From a virus (taxonomy: Duplodnaviria; Caudoviricetes): DNA of 28,646 nucleotides. Below the pieces are notes generated by a model. It had not been told where the DNA came from. It made no database searches and saw only the letters and a program-made list of their open reading frames with translations. Below, piece after piece: positions 1 to 6,678 of this stretch; the first letter of the stretch is position 1, and each line of letters begins with the position of its first letter. The DNA is taken from positions 1 to 28,646 of the IMG/VR virus record IMGVR_UViG_3300033076_000189. The stretch is one strand, 5' to 3'. The position numbers and the translations under genes were made by a program.

Positions 1-330
1 AAACCCATGGTTCTGAACGCAACCAACAGTCGCGTGATGAAGCAATTGACCGGCTCACCCTTTATCGAGGATTGGACCGGCATTCAAGTGACGATCTACG
101 TTGACCCCAAGGTTCGGTTTGGCAAAGAAACCGTCGAGGGTTTGCGCATCAGCCCTGTGCCTCCCGCCACAAGAAAGGTCGCTGAAAAGCAGCCAATCAC
201 AGACGAGAGGCTTGGCAAAGCAATCGAGGCTATCAAGGCCGGAACATCAACCACAGAGGTCTTGCGCGGTCGATTCGCCCTGACACCAGAACAAGAAAAG
301 AGATTACAAAATGAGCTTGCAAATTCCTAA
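1..330 (+). CDS. 5'-truncated phage hypothetical protein, probable partner of the exonuclease/SSB recombination module
   Basis: The frame is open from base 1 (AAA CCC ATG..., KPMVLNATN...FIEDWTG.QVTIY), so the true start is probably left of the window. It overlaps the exonuclease start. Function is inferred from position only. Confidence 0.7.
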   Translation, partial: KPMVLNATNSRVMKQLTGSPFIEDWTGIQVTIYVDPKVRFGKETVEGLRISPVPPATRKVAEKQPITDERLGKAIEAIKAGTSTTEVLRGRFALTPEQEKRLQNELANS

Positions 331-952
331 GTTTCGCGCATCGTCGCTGGCAGACATAATGACCGACCCCAAGAAAAAGGATGAGGTCTTGTCTGTTGGG
401 GCTGTGACAGCCATCACTCAGCTTGCCAAAGAGTTTGTGTATGGGTATGACCATCGCGTGTCATCCAAATACATGGACAAAGGCTTGCAGGTCGAGGACC
501 AATCCATCGCGTTGCTCAACGAAGTGCTGTTTACCAACTACACCAAGAACACCGAGCGCAAAACAAACGAGTGGATTACCGGCGAGTGCGACATCTTCAC
601 CGGCTCGAAAATCCATGACATCAAATCATCGTGGAGCCTACAAACCTTTCCCGTTTTGGCCTCACAAGGCGAAGACAAGACCTATGAATGGCAGGGTCGA
701 GCCTACATGATGCTTTGGAATGTGGATGAGTTTGAGATTGACTATTGCTTGGTCAACACACCCGATCATTTGATTGGATACGAAGACCCATCCCTCCACA
801 TCGTTGAACACATAGCCCCTGAACTGCGCGTGACCCGTGTGATTTACAAGAGGGACATGGAACTAGAAGACAAGATAGTGACAAAGGTTGAAGCGGCTCA
901 AAAGCTCTACATTGAGTTGATTGAGCGAATCGGAAACGAACATAAGTTTTAA
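311..952 (+). CDS. YqaJ-like / lambda-exonuclease-type PD-(D/E)XK nuclease
   Basis: N-terminal FRASS, MDKG..VE, GECD...DIKSSW (D...D/E-x-K core) and YEWQ..AYM motifs typical of viral recombination exonucleases; adjacent to ssb. Confidence 0.85.
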   Translation: MSLQIPKFRASSLADIMTDPKKKDEVLSVGAVTAITQLAKEFVYGYDHRVSSKYMDKGLQVEDQSIALLNEVLFTNYTKNTERKTNEWITGECDIFTGSKIHDIKSSWSLQTFPVLASQGEDKTYEWQGRAYMMLWNVDEFEIDYCLVNTPDHLIGYEDPSLHIVEHIAPELRVTRVIYKRDMELEDKIVTKVEAAQKLYIELIERIGNEHKF

Positions 953-961
953 GGAAGAAAA

Positions 962-1360
962 ATGTTGAATCAAGTGCAAGTAATCGGTCATGTTGGCAAG
1001 GACGTTGAAGTTCGCTACACAACGTCAGGCGAGGCAATCGTCAACTTCTCCATCGCCACCACCGAGAAATGGAAAGATAAGCAAACAGGCGAGGCCATGG
1101 AATCTACCGAGTGGCATCGCATCAGCTTCTTTGGTCGTCGCGCAGAGGTCATTGGCGAATACGTCAGAAAAGGCTCGTTGCTCTATGTGCAGGGCAAACT
1201 CAAGACGCGCAAGTGGACGGACAAAGATGGAATCGAACGGTATTCCACAGACATTAGCGGAAACGAATTCAAGATTCTTTCCCAACCCGGCAACAGGGCT
1301 GAGAAGCCCCAAGCACCATCGTCACAAGGCGGTGGTTATGACGATGACGTTCCATATTAA
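962..1360 (+). CDS. ssb: Single-stranded DNA-binding protein
   Basis: MLNQVQVIGHVGKDVEVRYT...TEWHRI...KGSLLYVQGKLKTRKW OB-fold signature; acidic tail DDDVPY; AAGGA RBS upstream. Confidence 0.97.
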   Translation: MLNQVQVIGHVGKDVEVRYTTSGEAIVNFSIATTEKWKDKQTGEAMESTEWHRISFFGRRAEVIGEYVRKGSLLYVQGKLKTRKWTDKDGIERYSTDISGNEFKILSQPGNRAEKPQAPSSQGGGYDDDVPY

Positions 1361-1369
1361 GGAGTAACC

Positions 1370-1498
1370 ATGAAAAAACTAATCGCAATCGCGCTGCTCG
1401 TTGCCTCTGGCATTGCCGCCGCATCTTGTCCAATGTCTATGCCTTATCGCTGCACAGTCGGCTTTAACGGCAAGCAAATCTGTGGGTGCGGCGTCTAA
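1370..1498 (+). CDS. 42-aa exported Cys-rich peptide (not in ORF track)
   Basis: AAGGAG at 1359-1364 precedes ATG 1370. Translation MKKLIAIALLVASGIAAASCPMSMPYRCTVGFNGKQICGCGV gives a signal peptide plus 4 Cys. Stop TAA overlaps the next ATG (TAATG). Confidence 0.8.
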   Translation: MKKLIAIALLVASGIAAASCPMSMPYRCTVGFNGKQICGCGV

Positions 1499-1704
1499 TG
1501 GCACAACGTATCTACATCATCGGGACACCAGACAACAAAGTTCGTTTGGTTAAAGCAACAACACGCGCACAAGCGTTGTCTCATGTGGCAAACTCGCTCT
1601 TGACACTTCGTATTGCCAGCCAAGATGATTTGGTTAAATCATTGGGTGATGGCATTCAAGTTGAGAATGCAAAGTCACCTGACCAAATCGAAATGGAAGT
1701 TTGA
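1498..1704 (+). CDS. Phage hypothetical protein (68 aa, MAQRIYIIG...)
   Basis: ATG 1498 is coupled to the upstream stop, so it is preferred over the track start at 1486. Confidence 0.75.
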   Translation: MAQRIYIIGTPDNKVRLVKATTRAQALSHVANSLLTLRIASQDDLVKSLGDGIQVENAKSPDQIEMEV

Positions 1705-1709
1705 TTAAC

Positions 1710-1791
1710 GGGGGCGAAAGCGGATATTGGTGAGTCGAAAGACCGTAACGTAATGGCGCTTGATTGCGACCAAGCGCAGCGAGTAGCCCCC
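1710..1791 (+). ncRNA. Candidate structured intergenic RNA element
   Basis: GGGGGC(1710-15)/GCCCCC(1786-91) closing helix; GAAA/GAGUA internal loop; UUGGU/ACCAA helix; GUC-GAAA-GAC tetraloop hairpin (1734-43); alternative GCGCUUG/CAAGCGC helix. It fills a 109-nt gap in an otherwise overlapping operon. Confidence 0.5.
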
Positions 1792-1813
1792 ACCTTTTAA
1801 GAAAAGACAAGAT

Positions 1814-2077
1814 ATGAAATTCAACGGAAGTGATTACATCCCAAGCCGGGACGATGTTCGTTTGACAGGCCAAATTCTCCGGGTGTGGGAAGTTGTGCAA
1901 GACAGCAAATGGCGAACATTACGCGAAATTGCAGACCTAACTGGCGACCCCGAGGCAAGTGTTAGCGCACAACTAAGGCATCTCAGAAAGCCCAGATTTG
2001 GCGGTCACACGGTAGAGAAAGAATACATCAACAACGGTTTATTCAAGTATCGCGTCATTCCATCGGAGGTCAAATGA
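1814..2077 (+). CDS. Small winged-HTH DNA-binding protein
   Basis: WRTLREIADLTGDPEASVSAQLRHLRK is a helix-turn-helix pattern, followed by a beta-hairpin-like segment. Confidence 0.75.
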   Translation: MKFNGSDYIPSRDDVRLTGQILRVWEVVQDSKWRTLREIADLTGDPEASVSAQLRHLRKPRFGGHTVEKEYINNGLFKYRVIPSEVK

Positions 2078-2151
2078 CCGACCAACAATTAGCAATTTTG
2101 CTCATAATAGTGCTTGCCGGTGCAATTTTGGATTGGATTTTTTGGCGATGA
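2074..2151 (+). CDS. 25-aa single-pass membrane peptide
   Basis: GGAGG at 2065-2069; ATGA overlap with the upstream stop; MTDQQLAILLIIVLAGAILDWIFWR. Confidence 0.6.
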   Translation: MTDQQLAILLIIVLAGAILDWIFWR

Positions 2152-2279
2152 AATACCTATACGAAACAACAAAAGGCGTTGTCATTGGCGCTGTCTACCT
2201 TGCCTTTTTAGGCATGGTGTTTAAGCTGCTTTACATAGCATTCATGTTTGGATGGGACTTGTTGCAATGGACAACTTAA
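2148..2279 (+). CDS. 43-aa membrane peptide
   Basis: ATGA overlap with the previous ORF; MKYLYETTKGVVIGAVYLAFLGMVFKLLYIAFMFGWDLLQWTT is strongly hydrophobic. Confidence 0.6.
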   Translation: MKYLYETTKGVVIGAVYLAFLGMVFKLLYIAFMFGWDLLQWTT

Positions 2280-2365
2280 TCATGCTGATCGTCATCCTTG
2301 TGATTGGCGCAATCGTTGGCGCAGGGGTGTTTTTGTTTGTGCTGGCGCTCAAGTCTCTTGACTAG
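2267..2365 (+). CDS. 32-aa single-pass membrane peptide
   Basis: MDNLIMLIVILVIGAIVGAGVFLFVLALKSLD; overlaps the previous ORF and, convergently, the endolysin 3' end. Confidence 0.55.
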   Translation: MDNLIMLIVILVIGAIVGAGVFLFVLALKSLD

Positions 2366-2864
2366 AATCAAACAGTTGACGCTCGGCAGTTCTGCGGCGG
2401 ACCAAGCCTTTAAGCTCTTTGCCACCGGCTTTGGTCCACGCCATGAACGCTTCTGACGCGCCAGCCCAATCCTCGCGGCCTATCTTCATCCGAATAGTAG
2501 ACCGCTGAAAATTCCCCAATCCGACATTGAAGGAAAACGCAACGCAAGCGTCGAAAGCACCCTGACGACCAGCCAAATTGGGAGCAAGTCTAAGAACACC
2601 ACGCTCAAAAGAAACGAGGTCATCTCGGAATATCTTAACGAGTTCTTCTTTCGACCAAACACGGTTGTCCTCCGGCTTCAATGGGTATTCAGGGCGCAGC
2701 ATCCCCGTGTAACCTTCTTTCCTGACGATGGGATACTTTATCTGGTCTTGGTAAATAACGTGACCCCAACCAATCGTCCACATCGAGGCGCTGCATTGGT
2801 AAGGCTTGTCACGATACCCCTCAAACTTGTGCATCAGTTCGATGCCCTCGTTGCTGGTTCTCAT
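2349..2864 (-). CDS. Endolysin, GH24 (T4/P21-type) lysozyme
   Basis: FEGYRDKPYQCSASMWTIGWGH = E-x8-C-x5-T catalytic triad; FNVGLGNF and C-terminal GLVRRRTAE motifs. Confidence 0.93.
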   Translation of the reverse strand: MRTSNEGIELMHKFEGYRDKPYQCSASMWTIGWGHVIYQDQIKYPIVRKEGYTGMLRPEYPLKPEDNRVWSKEELVKIFRDDLVSFERGVLRLAPNLAGRQGAFDACVAFSFNVGLGNFQRSTIRMKIGREDWAGASEAFMAWTKAGGKELKGLVRRRTAERQLFDSSQET

Positions 2865-3361
2865 TTTTTGTAGCCGCGAGAGCCAAACCAGTAACCGATG
2901 ATGCCGCCAAGCATAGCCATCTCATCATCGCTGAAAATCTCGTTGCCAATCTTGATGAGGTCATCAACGCCAGTAATCATGTGCGGGTGAGTCCAAACGT
3001 AAGAGCCAAGGCCAGCATTGATGAAAACAAGCTCTAGCACGAACAAATAGGTGATGGTTGGTCTAACGGTCCCAACGTAGGTCGAAACCCATCCTGCCGC
3101 TTTTTCTAGCACCTTTGCGTCATGCGCGTAGGCGGCTTGGGTCATGGCGGCCTCGGTCTGCATGGAAACCTGATCGGTGCGCAGTTCCTCAATCTTGGCT
3201 TGGGCGGCAAAACCCTGCGCGGCAAGCGCCAGTTCGCGCTCGGTTTGAATACGGGCTAATTCAGCTTCGTGCTTTTGGTCCTGCTTGGACTGAAAAAGCT
3301 CAATAAATTTTGGCAGAGCTGAAAGCAGCAAACCGCCAAGGGTAGAAATTAAAGACAGCAT
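2861..3361 (-). CDS. Putative holin (GTA 3TM holin-like)
   Basis: Three hydrophobic segments, VRPTITY motif, C-terminal GYWFGSR; immediately upstream of and coupled to the endolysin. Confidence 0.75.
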   Translation of the reverse strand: MLSLISTLGGLLLSALPKFIELFQSKQDQKHEAELARIQTERELALAAQGFAAQAKIEELRTDQVSMQTEAAMTQAAYAHDAKVLEKAAGWVSTYVGTVRPTITYLFVLELVFINAGLGSYVWTHPHMITGVDDLIKIGNEIFSDDEMAMLGGIIGYWFGSRGYKK

Positions 3362-3546
3362 TATTCTTCCTTCTCGGGAGTTGGTTCAAGTTTCTGTCTT
3401 GTCTTCTTTTCAATTTGCTCGGCACGTTGAAGGATAACCTCGGCCTTACGAACACGGCTATCTGCATAGAGTGCTGACCAAATGGAAAATCCAAGCAGCA
3501 TTAGCAGCAGCGTGACAATGATGACCCACCAATAGAATTCTTTCAT
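3361..3546 (-). CDS. 61-aa protein with N-terminal TM helix and charged coiled-coil tail (lysis-cassette accessory)
   Basis: Start ATG 3546 overlaps the upstream TGA (ATGA), so it is preferred over the track start at 3648; MKEFYWWVIIVTLLLMLLGFSIWSALY-charged tail. Confidence 0.7.
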   Translation of the reverse strand: MKEFYWWVIIVTLLLMLLGFSIWSALYADSRVRKAEVILQRAEQIEKKTRQKLEPTPEKEE

Positions 3547-4271
3547 AGAACGGAAAACAACGCCATCATCCACAGGCCGACTACTGTTACCACTATTGCG
3601 TAACCCAATTTGGCGACCCTGATTTGTTGGCGGTATTCTCGTTGCCATTTTGCGTCGATTTCCTGTTTGCGTTTCAACGCCCTATCAAACTCTCGCTCTT
3701 CGAGAATCTGGTCATACATCTTGAGAAAACGACTGTAAATGCTTTGCAGCCCAATTTCCTTAGGCGTATAAATCATGGTTTCCCTGATTTGCACAGTCAT
3801 TTGTTCAAGCTGCATTTCAATCTGTATCCTGTCTAGTGCCGCGCCTTCAATGTCGTTTGTGGTTTTTGATTCTTCCTCAAGTTCATGGCAATATTCTTTT
3901 AGCTGTCTGCGTATCTCAAAGAAAGTTTTAAGCTGCTCACAAATTTGATGGATGGCTTGTGTTTGGTATTCCTCATACGTCAGTTGCTCAACAGGTTTTG
4001 GCTTGTAGGCAATTCTGCTAGACAAGGCCGGTGCATCCTTTTTGACAGGAGCAGCAGCTTTTGAACTCGACGGTTTAGCTCCGAATAAGCCGGTAATCCA
4101 GTCCCACAGGCCGATGATCTCAGAGTAAATGGCTTTGCCGTCTGAAACCGCTTTTTCAATTGCAGCTTTTGTCTTTGTGATCTCAGCTTTACCTTGAGAC
4201 AACATTTCGCACCCACTACGGATTGCCGCAACAGTTGCCTGCGCCGCCATGAGTAAGCTAAACGGGTCCAC
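3543..4271 (-). CDS. Helical/coiled-coil protein with C-terminal TM anchor (lysis cassette, function unknown)
   Basis: 242 aa, amphipathic N-terminus MDPFSLLMAA..., charged helical core, C-terminal LGYAIVVTVVGLWMMALFSVL. Confidence 0.75.
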   Translation of the reverse strand: MDPFSLLMAAQATVAAIRSGCEMLSQGKAEITKTKAAIEKAVSDGKAIYSEIIGLWDWITGLFGAKPSSSKAAAPVKKDAPALSSRIAYKPKPVEQLTYEEYQTQAIHQICEQLKTFFEIRRQLKEYCHELEEESKTTNDIEGAALDRIQIEMQLEQMTVQIRETMIYTPKEIGLQSIYSRFLKMYDQILEEREFDRALKRKQEIDAKWQREYRQQIRVAKLGYAIVVTVVGLWMMALFSVL

Positions 4272-4272
4272 A

Positions 4273-4506
4273 TCACTTTATGTGAGTCATCAAGGCAAAA
4301 ACAGCACCAGCCATGCCCAAAATCATCGAGCCTGCCGAAGCTATCATTATTGTTTCCATGCGCTTCAAACGGGCATTGCTGCCACGGAACTGAGCATCCA
4401 TCGAGTCGTTGGTGTTCTTCAGTTGAAGCTGGATGTTTTCATACCGAAGAGCACAAATCTCTTCGTGTTTTTCCAGCCTTGCGTCTGTGGCATCTATGGT
4501 TGTCAT
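4273..4506 (-). CDS. Small coiled-coil + C-terminal TM protein (XhlA-like/holin-like)
   Basis: RLEKHEEICALRYENI...RLKRME followed by one hydrophobic helix; first gene of the lysis cassette. Confidence 0.65.
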   Translation of the reverse strand: MTTIDATDARLEKHEEICALRYENIQLQLKNTNDSMDAQFRGSNARLKRMETIMIASAGSMILGMAGAVFALMTHIK

Positions 4507-5051
4507 CGGAACCTCGGTCCATTAAGCCACATTGTTGCAGATTTGCGAATTCCAGCAATTACCGGAGTTACTCTGTGTTCAAGTATTGAAGGAAATGCAA
4601 TAACGCTTCCTTTAACTAGCGGCGCTGTATATTCAGAATACAATCTAATTTGTAACTCGCCAGCTTCAAATTCTGATATATCGGACATGAGGCACACCAC
4701 GCTTACTTTGCGATCTGTTGGCAAACCGGCCAAAGGAAAGTTGTCAACGTGCCACCCATAATGCTGTCCAACGCCATAATGCGCGTATTGCACGGCTTCA
4801 TGGTCATCAATTTCAAATCCCCATTCACAGGTTTTGTTTGCTTGAAGTCCGTGACCTCGAAGAATATGGCCAAACCAGTGGGATTTATCAGCAAAACGCA
4901 CGGTGGTATTTCTGTTTAGATGAGAAAGCTCATCTCCGTTTGCGCCCATGGTGGCGTCACGCGCCTCAAGGCGCATATAGTCTGTCTCAGCCATATCACA
5001 AAGCTCAGGCGGGACTTGACCCATATACCAAATTGGAAGGTGCTTACTCAT
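4503..5051 (-). CDS. 2OG-Fe(II) dioxygenase (PKHD / prolyl-hydroxylase-like)
   Basis: QYAHY..GQHYGWHVD (HxD), RKVS, FEAGEL, FPS.LEHRVTPV (distal His) and G.RKS (2OG-binding R-x-S). Confidence 0.92.
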   Translation of the reverse strand: MSKHLPIWYMGQVPPELCDMAETDYMRLEARDATMGANGDELSHLNRNTTVRFADKSHWFGHILRGHGLQANKTCEWGFEIDDHEAVQYAHYGVGQHYGWHVDNFPLAGLPTDRKVSVVCLMSDISEFEAGELQIRLYSEYTAPLVKGSVIAFPSILEHRVTPVIAGIRKSATMWLNGPRFR

Positions 5052-5278
5052 GACAAAATTAATTTAATTTCTTCAGATGTTGCGGCAGTGTCAATATCTT
5101 GCTGCATCGTTGCATATTTTTCACGGATTGCTTGTCGCGCCTCTTCGGCGGCAACAGCGTCTGCTCCGGGTATTTGCTTGGAAATTATTTCGTCAAAAGG
5201 CTTGAACTCTTCCGCACGTTTTTCGCGACGGATGATGTGCGCAATTTCTTTTGCTTTAGTTAAGTTAATCGTAATCAT
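5048..5278 (-). CDS. Fibre-associated chaperone-like protein, C-terminal half paralog
   Basis: Start ATG 5278 overlaps the upstream TGA; MITINLTKAKEIAHIIRREKR...EEIKLI resembles the C-terminal half of the 6261-6674 protein. Confidence 0.75.
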   Translation of the reverse strand: MITINLTKAKEIAHIIRREKRAEEFKPFDEIISKQIPGADAVAAEEARQAIREKYATMQQDIDTAATSEEIKLILS

Positions 5279-5571
5279 GTCTGCCCTTTCAACACCGGAA
5301 CACCGTTGTTCCACGCAATAACATCGTTTGTTGAGCCTGCACCGTAGTCTGCGCCGTACCCGTCGGTCAACAAAGATTCTTCAACCTGCCAAGCCTCTCT
5401 AAATGTGCGATCACTAGGCACATCTTCAACATCTACAATTTTGAAAGGCTTGCCAAATGGTACATCTTTCAGCGCCAAGGCTTCTATGCTGTATTGGCTA
5501 AGTGCCTCTTGAGTTGGTATAAGGACAACTACGCCACCTTCATCCGATTTGTAAATAATTCGTTTTGTCAT
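5275..5571 (-). CDS. Fibre-associated chaperone-like protein, N-terminal half paralog
   Basis: IIYKSDEGGVVVLIPT...KDVPFG..FKIV...VP....FREAWQ resembles the N-terminal half of the 6261-6674 protein. Confidence 0.78.
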   Translation of the reverse strand: MTKRIIYKSDEGGVVVLIPTQEALSQYSIEALALKDVPFGKPFKIVDVEDVPSDRTFREAWQVEESLLTDGYGADYGAGSTNDVIAWNNGVPVLKGQT

Positions 5572-5580
5572 AAATAAACC

Positions 5581-6264
5581 TTATCGGAAAATAGTAATGT
5601 TATTGCTATACCCGTCAACAACACCCCATGAAGCCGTGTAGTTAAAGAAACGACAAGCAGACGAGGACCGTGTAAAAGAAGGCCCCGCATTAAGAGCTTC
5701 AATCAAAGTAAGACCGTTACTGTTGCCAGCCCCGCTTACATTCGACCCTCCGTATGTGTAAACATAGTTTGTATCCGTCATAGCAGTTGAAAAGTTAACT
5801 GTGTAATCGCCAACACCGTTGTCGCCAATACTAGAAACATTTACGCTACCCCGAATAGCCACTGTTCCTTGTCCGTTCCAGTTAACCCACGCCCTTGCCA
5901 TGTAGTATGGGGCAGAGCCTGATGTAGTTGTGACTACTGTTGGACCCGGAGCGCCAGTAGGTCCTGTGGGTCCGGTAGGCCCGGTTGGGCCGGGACTTCC
6001 AGTTGGACCGGGGCCGCCAGTTGGACCAGTTGGACCGGGATTGCCTGTTAAACCAGTAGGGCCGGTTGGGCCGGTGGGTCCAGTCGGGCCAGATACACCA
6101 GCAGCCCAAGTACCATCGCCGCGCCAAAAGGTAGAGGATGATGCGCTTGTGCCGCTATTCAAATTAGTAACTGGCAAATTCCCAGACACGCCAGTAGAAA
6201 GGCTTACTTGGCCCGTGCTGTTAACAAGTTGCCCCGTATTGGCTAAGTTGCGTGATAGTGTCAT
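5581..6264 (-). CDS. Short collagen-like tail fibre/spike protein
   Basis: TFWRGDGTW motif, 17 Gly-X-Y triplets, C-terminal ARAWVNWNG...NVSSI...[12 protein letters not shown] beta domain. Confidence 0.85.
   Translation of the reverse strand: MTLSRNLANTGQLVNSTGQVSLSTGVSGNLPVTNLNSGTSASSSTFWRGDGTWAAGVSGPTGPTGPTGPTGLTGNPGPTGPTGGPGPTGSPGPTGPTGPTGPTGAPGPTVVTTTSGSAPYYMARAWVNWNGQGTVAIRGSVNVSSIGDNGVGDYTVNFSTAMTDTNYVYTYGGSNVSGAGNSNGLTLIEALNAGPSFTRSSSACRFFNYTASWGVVDGYSNNITIFR
5938..6090 (-). repeat. Collagen (Gly-X-Y)17 coding repeat, mostly GPT
   Basis: 153 nt = GPTx4 GLT GNP GPTx2 GGP GPT GSP GPTx4 GAP GPT. Confidence 0.95.
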
Positions 6265-6674
6265 GGGTGCAAAGCCCTCAATTCTTCAAGAGTTGTGCAG
6301 GTATAAACCAAATTGGTGACATCTCGCAAACGCTGTTTTTCTGCAATGATGCTAGATGTATCTGCTCCTGTTTCCAAGGCGCGTTGAAATGCAACATCCT
6401 GCGCAACCAGCAAAGGTTCACGCTCTACACGAAGCCGCACCTTTGTTAATTCTTGCGCTTTTGGAAAATTAATAGTAACAACTCCATTACTTTGTTCCCA
6501 AGCGTTAAAAAAATCACCATACTCATTTGGCAGGCTTGATGTATTAACAATAAAAGATGTAATACCAGACGGTATATCTTTTGCTTGAACATCCTCTATC
6601 GGCAATTCTCCAGTAGGAGTACAAACAGAGACTTGACCATTATCGTTGGTAAATATAATTACTTGATTCGTCAT
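6261..6674 (-). CDS. Tail fibre assembly chaperone-like protein (137 aa)
   Basis: ATG 6674 lies just after the fibre stop (the track start at 6785 would overlap the fibre gene by ~105 nt); C-terminal KQRLRDVT motif is typical of fibre chaperones. Confidence 0.78.
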   Translation of the reverse strand: MTNQVIIFTNDNGQVSVCTPTGELPIEDVQAKDIPSGITSFIVNTSSLPNEYGDFFNAWEQSNGVVTINFPKAQELTKVRLRVEREPLLVAQDVAFQRALETGADTSSIIAEKQRLRDVTNLVYTCTTLEELRALHP

Positions 6675-6678
6675 GTTG

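Noticed and set aside
1340-1360. SSB tail ends DDDVPY rather than DDDIPF
   Set aside because: Conservative variant; not enough to infer altered function.
1727-1749. Hammerhead-ribozyme-like string UUGGUGA-GUC-GAAA-GAC-CGUAAC
   Set aside because: The core deviates from CUGAUGA...GAAA at essential positions, and no stems I/III with an NUH site were found.
1710-1791. tRNA gene
   Set aside because: Length and GC closing stem are tRNA-like, but there is no TTC-containing T-loop and no cloverleaf with a 7-nt anticodon loop.
5930-6319. + strand ORF with (GPV)n collagen-like repeats, and the similar one at 7070-7321
   Set aside because: Antisense shadow: GGN-CCN-ACN reverse-complements to Gly/Pro/Val codons. 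No RBS, and it opposes the late operon.
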